DNA of 62,684 nucleotides, filler included, from Basidioascus undulatus (lineage: Eukaryota): NCBI GenBank assembly GCA_000826855.1. It is 10 parts of 10 records of this genome, joined end to end, with 100 filler letters (N's around TTAATTAATTAA, not from the genome) between each part and the next. Parts side by side here need not be neighbours in the genome. Positions count along the whole stretch, not along the records: positions 1 to 25,190 come from JTLS01000224.1; 9 more parts are not named here. One strand, 5' to 3'. Positions within the stretch are counted from its first letter, which is position 1. Each line of letters begins with the position of its first letter. Made by a program: the position numbers and the translations under genes. This document shows positions 1-11,925 of the stretch, in pieces. The notes beneath the pieces were generated by a model. It saw nothing but the letters and a program-made list of their open reading frames with translations. It had not been told where the DNA came from and ran no database searches.

Positions 1-417
1 GCGGGTGGGCTGGAAGGAGAAGAAGGTAGAGTGTGAGTGCGAGCTAAAACTAAGTGCTGAAGCTGGATGTGGTGAAAGCAGCGGAGAGGAACACCGCCTT
101 TTATGCTTTTCTGCAGCGACTTCTCCGTTGTGCGGGAGGACATGTAGAGTGGACTGGACAATGGTGGTTACAGTCGTCCGTCTTGAACATTATTCGATCC
201 TTAAAGACAGTTCTGATCGAGGGACGAGGCGCGAGAGGCTGGGGGGTCAGTTCGCGACGAGCTGGACGGACAACAACCCAAAACAGCCGGCCTTGTGCGG
301 GCACCTCGGTCCCATACAATGCCACTCTTGAGAAATGAGATAACAGGGTTTGAACGGAAGTTTTGCAATGGGGTTTCAGGTGAGGCGAAGGCGCAGTTTC
401 CACTGCAGTGAAGTTTT

Positions 418-1320
418 TCAACGTAGGTACAATTTTCCATAGTGGTTCACGTAGAAGTCGGTGATCTGAAAGTGACAAGGAAGATCAGCTACACGCACGA
501 CAGTCAAGTCAGAACAGTTCAGCTTTACCTCGACGGTACCGCAGCCGTTGTGCTGGACGACCTTGTCGTCCGCACCCTGGCAACGCCGCCGATGACTCGG
601 GTAACGTCGCCGGCCTCTGTTGTGACGAGGCAAGCATAAGTGGGATGTCTCCATGCTGTGAAAGAACTAGAGGTGCAAGGCACTTACTGTCGTCCACTTG
701 ATGCTAAGAGCATTCTCGCAGACGTTCTCCCACCAGACGTTCTCGATCGTGCAAGGCTGAGTCGGTTGATTATCAGCGGACGGGGCAAGGTGTTCATAAG
801 GCCTAGCGTAACGCACCGCCGAGACAGTGGACGTCCTCAGCTTGGTCAGCACCAATGATCACGTTCTTGAGAGCTATTACAGTTAAGGATGTCAGTGCCG
901 GTTTGGCCTTCTATTCAACGTGTGTCGAAACAAGACTTACTCGCGCCGTTCTTCAGGTAGAACACTGCAAAAGCATTGCGTAAGTTCTTGTGCAACATAG
1001 AAGACGTAGGATGTACCGGCGCCCTCCCAGTCACCTTCGTCCTGGCCACCGCAGGCACCAGAGCCGCGGTCGTAACGGTACATCTTGCCTGGAAAGGGAT
1101 CGCGGACGTGGAGCGAGTGAACAGCAGAAAATAAGATATGATGTGCGCACCGTCGAATGTCTCGCCATCAAGGACCTACCTCCGACAGCGACTTTGAGCC
1201 AGCAGCATTGGGGAAGGTTGTTCTCGCAGCACGGGAGTGGTGAATGTGAGCATTGTGGCTGCCGGCGATGGCAGTGGCCGCCAGGGCGACAGTAAGAAGG
1301 GACGAAGCGAGGTGGGCCAT
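418..1320 (-). pseudogene. Pectate lyase (PL3) pseudogene, tandem paralog of 2280-3736
   Basis: Exon-by-exon similarity to the intact neighbour (signal peptide MAHLASSLLTVALAATAIAG, TLKNVIIG, CTIENVWWENVCENALSIK, DDKVVQHNGCG, ITDFYV..YGKLY). A 2-nt deletion in exon 1 gives a stop at 1168, EGVHC has become EDVHC, CEDA has become CENA, and similarity ends after GKLY. Confidence 0.85.
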
Positions 1321-2279
1321 GATGGGGACTGGCGAGCGAGGGGAGAAAACGACTGGAAGCCTGGAGAAGTAGCTCTGAGCAAGAGGGGAAAGCTTCGCAG
1401 CTCGGATCAGTGGGGCTTTTATGCTGATTGCTGCCGTGCGTGCGCCTGCAAGCCAGTCGCCCCCGACCGTCAAGAAGCGGTACAGTCTTGCATGGCCAAG
1501 TCCGGGGCAGACCTAAAGTCAGGTCGATAAAGAGCCACGTTCTTTACATAAAGATGCAAAGGTCTGATGAACGAGGAGCCACAATATTAAACAAGCGCAT
1601 TATGGCGGCGGGAGTAATAGGAGGCGCTAAACAAACCGCCCGGAGGTGCGATATTAGTGCGGGGGGACCAGTAAATGGAGAAGAAGATTCTGTCTCAGAG
1701 CTCAGCAGTTGAAGCTTGGAAGCGCATTTTATACGACAGTTTTTCATCCATGGGAACAACCTCAAATTGGACCAGGAGTCGCCAGGCAGAGACATGCCAC
1801 ACGGAGCCTCGCGGACGGTGTCACAGCGCAAAAGTACTTCTTCCATTGCAAGGGTAACCCACAGTGGAAAGAATGTTCTTTCATGGAGTCAGGACTGTAG
1901 ATAGAAACTACGGGAGCGATGGAGATGGTGTGAGATGCGGTTTACAAATCAAAATGTTCACAACTGGATACTCTGCGTTACTGGTCAACCCTTGCGTTAT
2001 GAACAACGGTTACAAACATCGATATAACAAGTCTCTCTGGGGCTGGTCTAATTTTCACTGAAATTAGCTGGCAGTGATTCTGCTATTGCTGCAGGTCAGC
2101 GACCGACTTCCCCGAGTTTCCCCGATTCGCCGGCCTTACAGCCGCAGGATATTTTTGCGGCAGTTATAGTTTCTGCACGGACAAAAGAACCAAGGCCGGG
2201 ACATATGTGGATCGACTTATATTGACCGACCAGAATGGACGAGGCCTAAGAGGTACAACCACTACTTCTTCTTCACCAC

Positions 2280-3736
2280 TTAACCAGACCCAGCTCGACG
2301 TTGTGCGCTGTGTACGTCGAAGAAAAGTTCTGCACGGACTGCACCGTGAGCTGAGTATCAGATGGTGTAATGGCCCCAATGAAAGCAATACTCACAGCAA
2401 TCTCCGATCTTCTTGGGCTCCGTGCTGTTGTTGGTGGTGCCCTCGTAGGCGGTACAGAGTCCGCTAGTCTTGCCATCCCTCGTGGAGTCCGTAATCGTGG
2501 CTGTGTCCTAGTGGTGCAGATCCATTAGTACACGCTCCATTCGACCAAGATCCGACAGAGACTTGCCCCGTAGTTGGTGTTGATCTGCCACATTAGTTGA
2601 TTCGTTTCAGCTTTTCAGAGAGTTACATGGATTACAAAGGATAGGAGTGGACGTACCCCGGCCAGAGTACCGCCGTTCACCGCCCTGACGCCGGTGATCA
2701 CGACAGTGCGCGCGCACTGCGAGCTGCACTACGGATTCGTAAAGACTAGGCGTCAGCGAGCCGGCAGTTTACATATGAACACAATGAACACGGAGTTACG
2801 TTTCCACAAGAGCGATACAGCTTGCCGTAGTCATTCACGTAGAAGTCGGTGATCTGATCGAAGGAGATGCCGGAAGGTTAGCTGCCGCAGATCTAAGACC
2901 AGTGTAGACATTACCATTGCAACCCCACCTGAACCGTGCCACAGCCGTTATGCTGAATGACCTTGTCGGCAGCGGCCTTGGCCCCGCCCCCGATGACCCG
3001 GGTAACTTGTCCGGCCTCTGATACGGAGTCAGCGTAAGTGGAGGGTCCAGCGCCATGGAAGACTTGGATCTGCTGAGTGTGGAGTACTTACTGTCGCTCT
3101 TGATGGTCAGCGCATCCTCGCACACGTCTTCCCACCACACATTCTGGATAGTGCAGGCTGAAGGACAGCCTCTTGTCAGCGGATGTGACACGGTGCTCAT
3201 GAAAATTTCAGCGACTCACGACCGAGACAGTGGACGCCCTCAGCTTGATTGGCACCAATGATCACGTTCTTGAGAGCTGGTTAAAGGGGGAATGTCATTA
3301 ACGTGCTTGAAGGCCTTTCCAATTTGTGTTGAAACGAGACTTGCTTGCCCCATTCTTCAGGTAGAAGACTGCGAGAGCACGCTGTGTAAGGTCGAATCCC
3401 TGTACTTTCAGAAAGGTATCGCACGTACCGGCGCCCTTGTAGTCACTCTCTGCCTGCTCGTTGCAGGCGCCAGACCCGCGGTCATAACGGTACATCTTCC
3501 CTGGAAAGGCGTAGAGGCCATTGAATACGTGGATATGGGAAGAAAGCAAATACGAGGTGCCCACCGTCGAATGAGCCTCCATCGATGACCTTCACCTCCG
3601 GAAATGACTGGGAACCAGCAGCTTTGGGGAAGGTGGTGCTCGCAGCGCGGGAGTTGTGGATGTGTGTTTTAAGGTTGCCGGCGATGGCAGTGGCCGCAAG
3701 GGCCAGAGTAAGGAGGGACGAAGCGACGCGGACCAT
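2280..3736 (-). CDS. Secreted pectate lyase, family PL3 (multi-exon)
   Basis: Signal peptide, then spliced motifs TLKNVIIGANQAEGVHC, CTIQNVWWEDVCEDALTIK, DKVIQHNGCG, YGKLYRSCGN, INTNYGDTATI. The last exon and stop (2280) are less certain. Confidence 0.9.
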
Positions 3737-4524
3737 GCTGCAAAATTGTGTGAAGAGAATCTCGGTGAAGTGTACCTGAGAATAATGGAAAAAGTCTTCA
3801 TAGCCCGGAGAGGGCTAGCTTTTATGGTGTCGCAACTTCAAGCCAGCGGCTGCCCCGGACCGCCCAAACGCCTCGACTGGGTCAGAGGTGCAGTCTGAGC
3901 GTCCAGACCTTGCAAAAGATCGAAGGAGAAAGTAACTCTTCACAAAGAAAGGCGCCCATACGAACCAACAGAGACAATACGCAGACGCGTGCGGGACGGG
4001 TGGCCGGCAGGAGAAACGGAGGCGCTAGACACACGGGCCGGAGGTGAGATGTCGTCGCACAGGTCGCTGCATACTGGACAAGACAAAATTTTGGAAGACG
4101 GATCCAGACAAAGATTATTGTGAGGGTGCGCATGACCATATGCCACGGCTGGGAACAGATCCAGATTAAACCAGGAGCTGCCAGGCACCTCATCCACTAC
4201 GGCGTCCCACGAGGACAGTATCGCGGCAGCAGAGAGACTCAATTCTTGGCAACGCAAAATACAGTCAGAACGTATCAGTGATGTGACCGTATAACGGGAG
4301 CAGTGGAGATGGTGATCCATATCCCCGAAAGATCCACAATTTGCGTTTCTGCACACTTGCCCTCTCTGTGACAAGCTCACCGAAACAAGTAGAGCATGGC
4401 AGCCGTTTTGTTGTCCAGTCGGTTCGGATCCGTGTCGACGTAGACGCCGGGGTGAATGAGGACTGAGGCGGTGCGGGCTGGGAGGACGAAGTTTGATGAG
4501 GGAACTTGGGGATGGAAAGCGCAT

Positions 4525-4790
4525 GATGCTGAGCGATGCGGATGCGGTGCGATGCAAGTGCGTTACGAATGCGGGTGAGGTTGCGGGTGAGGTGCGTGGG
4601 ACTCGAGGTGGGTATGTATGCGATACAATGCGATGCGATGCGGTGCGATGCGATGCTGAACAAGACCAGCACCCCGTCGAGGCATGCTTTATATGCTCTT
4701 CTGTTCGAGAAACGCATCCTCGCCTCGCTCACTGCCCCAGGCCTGCTGCACAGCAGTGAGCGAGCGAGCGAGCGAGCCGTTGAGCGAGTG
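4525..4790 (+). repeat. Low-complexity (GATGC)n and (GAGC)n microsatellite tracts
   Basis: tgcgatgcgatgcggtgcgatgcgatgc around 4629-4657 and gagcgagcgagcgagcgagc around 4758-4777. Confidence 0.7.
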
Positions 4791-5492
4791 AGCGCCGAAG
4801 TGCGTCAAGTACTCTACACAAATTTTTGTTGAATTGGATCAAATGGCAAGCCCATCAGGGAAGAGGAGGCGAGCGAGGACGAGTGTGCCGCTGACGGGGA
4901 ACAAAGGAGTGTCAGCGTCTTCCGGGCGCTGAAGCGATGCAGACCTGTCTAGAAAGACTTCATATTTGTACGCTTCTGATAGACATTGGTAAGTTACTGC
5001 CCATGATCAGCATGGAAAGAGAACACGGCGGATTCAAAAGTCTTCAGTCGGGCGGCTGCATTGTAGGCTGGCTGTCCCTAGGAAGGGATGTCAGATAGAC
5101 TGATAGGATTACCTCGTGGAAAACACCAGTAATTAAGATACCTTTACTCAGGTTTTCTAAAGTACTGAAAGGAGGTTGCAGGACAGCGAAACGGTCACTG
5201 TGCGGTACAACTCTGCTAAACGTCCGGACTTGCCGTGGACCTCCAGCCTTTGCCAATTGGTTCCCTAACCCGGATACCGCCGCCCCAGAATATTCATGGT
5301 GGTTCCGCGACTGAAAAATTCGTCAAAAACCATCGCAGAGTTGGTCTAAACCAGCGTGTGGCATAGGGGGCGCCAAACAATTGACCAGGCAAATGACGGC
5401 GTTTCGCCCATCTCCGTCCTGCCCCTTGTCCTCTTCCTCTCGTCAACCTCAATCCCATTTTCAGCAACTTTTACCGGAACATCTCCAAGCGA

Positions 5493-6045
5493 ATGCAACA
5501 CCCTGGGCCCCCACTCCCCGCCCAGCTCCTCGAGCTTACCCTCCTGCGCTCCTCCTTGCTCTCCCCCACCGACTTTACCCTCTCCGCGCGCTACCCACCA
5601 TCAACCCACGCCCTCTGGGAGCAGGCGCTCTCAAATGCCGATGCGGACGAAGAGTTGTGGCCAAACTTTCCCGGATTTGCGTTCGAGGTTATTGTGAGCC
5701 GCCGTCCGGTGGTGCGGCTCAAGGTGGATTGGAGTGCGGGCGAGGAGAGGGTAGAGCTTGGGTTTGCGGCAGGCGAGGCGGGTGAGGAAGACGCGGGTGG
5801 ACTGGGGAGGGAACGGGAGGAAAGTTTGAGGGAGGAGGTCAGGCGGAGATTGAGCGAGGCGGCGGAAGATGGTGAGCTGCTTGGCTTTCTAGCGCTTCGA
5901 TGCGGATTGACAGAAACGACGAGCGCTTCCAGGCGTCGAGCAAAGAATATACGACCTCTACCTGCACCTTCTCTCCCTCATCCCGACGCTTCCCTCTGCC
6001 TCCTCGAACCCTTCTCCTACCGCCTCTCCACGCTCCCCATCCCCC
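5493..6045 (+). CDS. N-terminal part of a putative RWD-domain (RWDD2-like) protein; C-terminus not found
   Basis: MQHPGPPLPAQLLELTLLRSSL..., intron starting at 5872 (gtgagc...ttccag), then GVEQRIYDLYLHLLSLIP and an S/P-rich linker. The family call is from pattern only. Confidence 0.4.
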
Positions 6046-6062
6046 TCCCCCCACAAAAATAG

Positions 6063-6695
6063 TAACGATCAAGTTCCTCAAGCCCCTCTTCACGCACCAT
6101 TCCTCCCAGCACGGGCACATCCACCTCCCACCCTCCTCCTCCTCCACCTCCGTCTCCGAAGCGCCCTTCGACCTCTTCCTCCTCTCGACCTCGCTCCTCA
6201 TCGACGCCCTAGCATACAGCTTCATCGCCCTCGCGCGCACGCCCATTGCGTTCGCGCTCGGCACCGCCCTCAGCAGCCTCGGGGGGGCCGCCGCGCCTGC
6301 GCTGAGCTCGCTGGCGCTCGCGCTGGTGGGAGATGCGAGGAAACAGGGGAGGGTGCTGGCTAGCTTGGCGGTGCTGCAGAGTCTGATGGCTCAGATTGTC
6401 GGGCCGGGTGTGTATGGGTGCGTTGTCCTCCCCAACCCTCCCCTCTCTTGCATTGCCTGGTTTCTTTCTTGTTCCAGAGTCCGCTGATGAGGACGCCCCG
6501 AGCAGAATCATCTACACCAAAACAGTGCACACCGTCCCGCAAACATTCCTCACCGTCTCCGCGTCAACCTTCTTCCTCGCCTTCCTCGGGACGTTCTTCA
6601 TCCGCCTGCCCAAGCCGCCGCGGCCCGAGCCCGAGCCGCTCTTCCCCGAGCGCGCGCCCGACCAGCCCGCCGCCCCTGCCGCTGCTGCTGCTTGA
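6063..6695 (+). CDS. C-terminal half of an MFS transporter (about 4 TM helices); N-terminal half missing
   Basis: FDLFLLSTSLLIDALAYSFI...SLGGAAAPALSSLAL...QGRVLASLAVLQSL..IVGPGVYG, an intron, then IIYTKTVHTVPQTFLTVSASTFFLAFLGTFFIRL to the stop at 6695. Confidence 0.7.
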
Positions 6696-7221
6696 TGTTG
6701 CTGTACGAGTAGTATGAGATGTACGAGATGTACGATGATACGAGATAGTACGATAGTTTACGTAGATAGACAGGGTTGAGGGTTGGGTACGGAGGGACGA
6801 TTGCTCTGCTTTTTTTAGTTGCTAGTATTGTATTCTTGAGAATGAGATATTGTAGTAGTGTGTTGATCATACACGCATCAACTCAGACCTTTCGCGGTGC
6901 GATGGATGTGGAATGGGAATGGGCGCGTTATGAGGGTGGCGACCGGTCACCCAGGACAGGTACATCTCACGAGGCCGGGCGATATGCTCATTCCCATTCT
7001 CGCCATCTAAGTTTCTTCAAACAAAGTGCTCGAAGCGGGAGCCGTGGGGTCACTGGGGTCAATCACCGAACCGAGAAACTTCGTCGGCAACGCTCCGCCG
7101 ACACCCCTTCCGACCCGCGCCCACCCCTTGCCCTCCAACCACGTTCTTGTCCAAGATCCTCACCGTTTTCGCCGCTTTCGAACCTCGTCTACCTCGAACC
7201 ACGGGCCTTCTACACTCGAAC

Positions 7222-7500
7222 ATGACCGTCCCGAAGTTCCCCTCGAGCTCCTGCACCGCATCATCGAGCACGTGGCGGAACCCGATCACCCTTTCGCGTA
7301 CACTCGCGACTGAACGACCCTCGCGTCGCTCTGCCTTGTCGCTCGCTCACTGCATTCGATCGCTCAAAAGGAGCACTACCGGTCTGTCATCATCTTGGAC
7401 GGAAATCAGCTGCGGGCTTTTCCTGCGCGCCATGCAGAGCGAAGGTTCGCTTCCTTCGATCGACCGCTCGCTCGCGTTTCCGCGCTTCGGAGGAGACCAC
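7222..7500 (+). pseudogene. F-box-like gene remnant
   Basis: MTVPKFP(frameshift)LELLHRIIEHV...RD*TTLASLCLVARSLHSIAQKEHYRSV: an F-box-like pattern with a frameshift and an in-frame stop. Confidence 0.55.
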
Positions 7501-7967
7501 GCCACTGAGTGCCTAGACCAATTGGTCGAAAAACGCATGATGCGTCTGGCTGTCCATGGCACGCTTTGGGAGCGGCCTGGGACGTCCTTGTGTTCATGAA
7601 GAGGGGGGGCATTCGAGCTGCTTGATGTGCGGCTGCAAACTCGTTGACTGTTGGGCCATTCTCTTGTTCAATACATACACATATCGTACTCGTGACTCTG
7701 AACTGCCGTGTGGGACCTCACCAGCAAATCATGCATTAAACCTATACCTGACCCAGGCGACTCAATGGGCACACAGCAGACGTCTGTTCACAGCACCCTC
7801 CACGATTTGTGAAGCTCTCAAACCATCTCAGAATCGTTACATCCAATCCAAGCCTTTAGATGTCTATCATAGGAGCATTGTCAACACCCCGCTCAGCTGC
7901 GTGCTACCAGTGCACAGATCCGCTTACCGCAGCTTAGCCCATTGACGGGTAATGTCGACGCCGTACC

Positions 7968-8250
7968 TCAGTCGGTGCAAACGCAGATAGCCTTGTCTGC
8001 ACGTTCCCACGAACACCACCCACCAGCTCCCACCTCAACCCCCCCCCTCCCTTTCTTGTTCAAATAAGAACGATATCCACGCACCGTTGCAGTATCCACT
8101 CCCCTTCCCGCCCCGCTGGGCCTTGCACGACGCCGTGCACGCGAGGTCGCCTGCGCCCCAGACATCGCCGACCTGGCACGACTCGGCGCGGGCGGGGGTG
8201 ACGGCGAAGAGCGCCGCGGCGAGGAGGGCGAGGGGGAGGTAGAACTTCAT
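7968..8250 (-). CDS. Secreted CSαβ defensin-like peptide, 64 aa; exons 8250-8085 and 7996-7968
   Basis: MKFYLPLALLAAALFAVTPARA-ESCQVGDVWGAGDLACTASCKAQRGGKGSGYCNDKAICVCTD. Cysteine spacing C-x12-C-x3-C-x11-C-x5-C-x-C with a GxC gamma-core. An 88-nt GT-AG intron keeps the frame. Confidence 0.92.
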
Positions 8251-10312
8251 TTTCGCTGCGGTGGTGGGTTGGATGGCTGGTGAGGGGGAGAGAAGAGGCG
8301 ATGAGGGAGAAGAGAATGTGGGGCAGGGGAGGGGTTTTTATGTGAAAGGCCCTGCAGCCGACTGCGAGGACTGCCACTCGGATGCAGCTTGGAAGCAGTA
8401 CCCACCGCTGTGAAGGGTTGACTCGGAGACTAGCCCACGTCCCCGAACTCGCTATGCCGCTGCGGATTCTTGGTCCCTACTACGACTTGTATGTGACTTG
8501 GGCTGCTTCTGCGATCAGCCTCAGGATGGCACATGCAGGAAGGAGAGTGCGCTGGAATGCGCGCTGCGAGCGCCAGTGCCACTGATGTCGACGTTCGAGC
8601 GCTCGAGTCGGCCACTAGCAGCCATCCCCGACGCTGCGGGTGCTTGGCCGGTCGTTCTTCCCTGCATCGCAATGTTTCGAGACGAGAGTACATATCGAAG
8701 GTGAGCTTTTCGGAAGAGGATCAGGATACTGTTCTGGAAAACGTGCTTCGCGACTGACGTTCGACGCCTGCAGGACGTTCGGAGACTACGAGCAATCCCC
8801 GGGCTCATAGGTATAGAGCTCCTGACTGCCCCAGGATGGGCATGTATATAGTGAGGTACTGATCAAGTTCTTGGAACGTACCTGCTGCTTGTGGGATATC
8901 AAGTAACACTGTTGCATCCTCCTTTCTCTTACCTTGAACGTGGACTCGCACTCCGCCGGGATCGGACTTCGAATGAGATACTGCCAAGCCTCGAGGGAGC
9001 ATCACTGATCAGTGACCACTTATCGCAGGCAGTGTGTTTGAGGCATCCGCACTTCGCCTGCTGGAAGAGGGCTCTGGCACCTTTACTCACGAACGAGAAT
9101 GAAGTGGAATTGAAGGCCATCGAGCGGTCGCATTGTGAAGGGGTGTACGTCGTCCGTACGAGAAACGGCAGAAGGACGCACAGCGATTCACCGCTCCACA
9201 CTGTTCTTTCAGTGTCAGCAGTGTCTGCTACAAGGTCCTGAAGTCACGCTGGTCGTCAGTCAGCGCCAAGCTGCGTATGAGCCTCAGCCTGAACATCAGG
9301 AAGACCCCCACTAGACGTGCATTCGGCGCAGGCACATTCAACTCATAACGAGTTACAGGGTACTCTCCATCATAGTCCAAAATCCCATCGTGCTTGGGGC
9401 TGTGTAAGAAACAGTCCAGCTCAGGTTCGACAAACGGACTGGTGTTCTGGAGCCGAGTCATCGACCTGATGACAGCACTCGGGGTATGTCGCTTTCCCTG
9501 CATCCGTACACGCACTGGCCGACCTTTTCTTTCACTAGAAATGTCCGCACACATTGGGGAGCGATCCCCTACAGCAAATTATTTGCCAATACGAAGAAAG
9601 AAGCTCCGAGGAAATCGAAGGCCGGTCCGGCGCTCGCGATAGGCGCCTAGGCTGGCGTGAGGCTGTCTGCGCTCGAGATGAAGAGAGGGTCATTTGGAAG
9701 AGTTTGTTTTTGGTCGCATGAACCGAATGTCGACCACCGATGCACCAGGCGAAGAGTAAGAGGGCGGGCGTGTATGGATAGGGAGACATGCAAGACGCCG
9801 GGTTGGCGGTGCCTGCACTCGAGTGGGTCGACTGCAACTGCAGTCATCCTCGGAAAGCGGAGAGAGATCGATATGAACGATGTGGAAAGGCCGTCGAACT
9901 CATCTGCCCGCACAGTTCCCAAACCGGGCGTATCGTAGAACCTAGTGATGTGAGAGGCTCCTGCCCCTTCCCCTCCCCCGTCTCGTCCCCTCCTCCCTTT
10001 ATCACCCGTCCTCCTCCCCAAAGCTAAACGGCCCTGCCACAGCGGCCTTCTTCTTCTATCTTCCCCTCCTTATCCTTCTTCGCCTTCTTCACCCCGCACT
10101 CGCACTCGCACTCCCGCCCGCGGTCCAGCTCACGCACGCCGTTACTCGATGCCGAAGCGGGGCACATGGCACAGGAGGGACTCGAAGCGTTCGAGCGCCC
10201 GCTTAGCGCGGCCGTCCGCACAGTGAGCACAATCCGGCGGAGCCTCACTACCTCGAGCACGAGGAAGGCTGAATCGTGTCGCACGGGTGCGCGAGGAAGT
10301 GCACGCTCATAT

Positions 10313-10408
10313 CTCCTCCAGAACGTGCAGGGCATGCGCGACGTCAGGCGCGTGCGGGCCGAACGGAGCGTGCTCGACGTCGCGCATGCCCTGCGCGTTC
10401 TGGAGGAG
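10313..10408 (+). repeat. Near-perfect 33-bp inverted repeat (long hairpin)
   Basis: CTCCTCCAGAACGTGCAGGGCATGCGCGACGTC (10313-10345) pairs with GACGTCGCGCATGCCCTGCGCGTTCTGGAGGAG (10376-10408): 32 Watson-Crick pairs plus one U:G on the + strand, 30-nt spacer. Confidence 0.9.
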
Positions 10409-11925
10409 CAGACGGGGGTTCGAGGGAGAGGATGGGGGTGTGGGTATCGGAGAAGGAGGAGGGCCACGGGAGAGCGAGGGGATAGTGGGGAGATAACGTT
10501 GTGCGAGTGCGAGCTCGTTTGGTGATAGAGGATCTTGCGGCGGTGTCGTACAGGAAGGCGGGGAAGTGTCGGCTGTGGTGGCAAGATCCGGCTTGTAAGT
10601 GTTAAATGAAAGCGCCGTGCTACTCCGCCGACGCACCTGCCATAAAATATCGCAGCACGATGTCCCTTCAGGACGTGAATGACGGGCCCGTGGACCTCCC
10701 ATCGCGCAGTTCTACTGGAGCTCGACGACGGCGCCGCCGCAGATGAGTGTGGCGGAGGAGGAGCGAGGTACTGCGCCCCGAAGATCGTGTCTGAGGGCTT
10801 GTTCGACTAGCGGATTGGATGCGTGTGTAAGTGAAAAGGCTGGGGCGCGTAGGGGAGGCGGAGGTGGAGAGCGCTGAGTCGGGGAGACAAGACGGAAGAA
10901 ATGGGGCATCGTCAGCCTCACCACGGCCCATCGCGCACACCACAAGCTCTACAAGACTCACCTCCCCCCATTCCACTCAGCACAGTCTCACATTGCTCAC
11001 GTATTAACTCCTCACCGTCGCCTGCGGGCGTCCGCACGCCATTCCCACTCCCGCCATGCCCATTCACGCGTCCCGGCGCGCTCGTCCCCGTGCTGGGAGA
11101 GGACGATGAGAGCCGCGCGGGTGCTATCGCAGTTTCATATGCACCATTTCCCATGCTACTGCCGCTGGAGAGATTCAGGCAACGAGTCCAAGCGTTTGAC
11201 TGTACCAGACCTAAGTCGACCCTCAATATATCATCTTGTTTGTCGCCGCTGCGAAGTGTACGTGGGAAAAGGCAAGTCCGATACTGTGCCCACCCGCGGA
11301 AGCGGACCTATCTCCCGCTGCTGACATAATACAGACGTTCATCCACGCTCAGCTTCCTCCTCACCTACCAGTGTTTCGACGATCGGAGATGGATCAACAT
11401 CTTTCAAACGGGAATCTGCGACTTTTGCATGTTCAGGACGCGGCATAAATGCAAGCGAAAGGAGGATGATAGACAGCGGGCGAAATCGATCCTCAGCCAG
11501 CGATCGCCAAGTTCCGGACGTTGCCCAGGCATGAGCGAGCCCAAGCCGGAGGCTCGATGTTCCCCTCCCCTCTCCCCACACCTCGCTCTCGTCGCGCCCA
11601 GGCAGTTCCTCCCAGGCCCAGCGGGGAGGATCAAGGATGTTTGCGGCACCAGCGGGAACCCAAGCAAACATTAACCCACTCACAGAAATGCTGCAGCCTG
11701 CTCTTTCCTTCTTTCCCTCCCGCTTCTTATCGTTCTGCGAGCCAGCCACGATTCCCGCCCTCCTGATCCTCGCACCCTCCCGCATCCGTCACCGCCATCC
11801 TCGCCCGCATCAGGCTCGCTAGCCCTGCCCGCGCCTTATCTCGCTCGCTGCCCTCTTGCCCTCCATCTCCTCCTGCGATGCACGACCTCGCGCCCACCGG
11901 CCCTGCTACCACCCGCGCCGCAGCC

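Noticed and set aside
6700..6770. Repeated TACGAG/GTA motifs
   Set aside because: Low-complexity 3'UTR sequence right after a stop codon, with no spacer structure; not CRISPR-like.
8400..9900. Short ORFs suggesting a transposon or degraded gene (VRVxxQGKR occurs twice)
   Set aside because: No transposase, RT or integrase motifs, no terminal repeats, and no consistent gene model.
10024..10584. Histone H4-like RHRRKIL on the minus strand
   Set aside because: No histone fold follows; likely a chance match.
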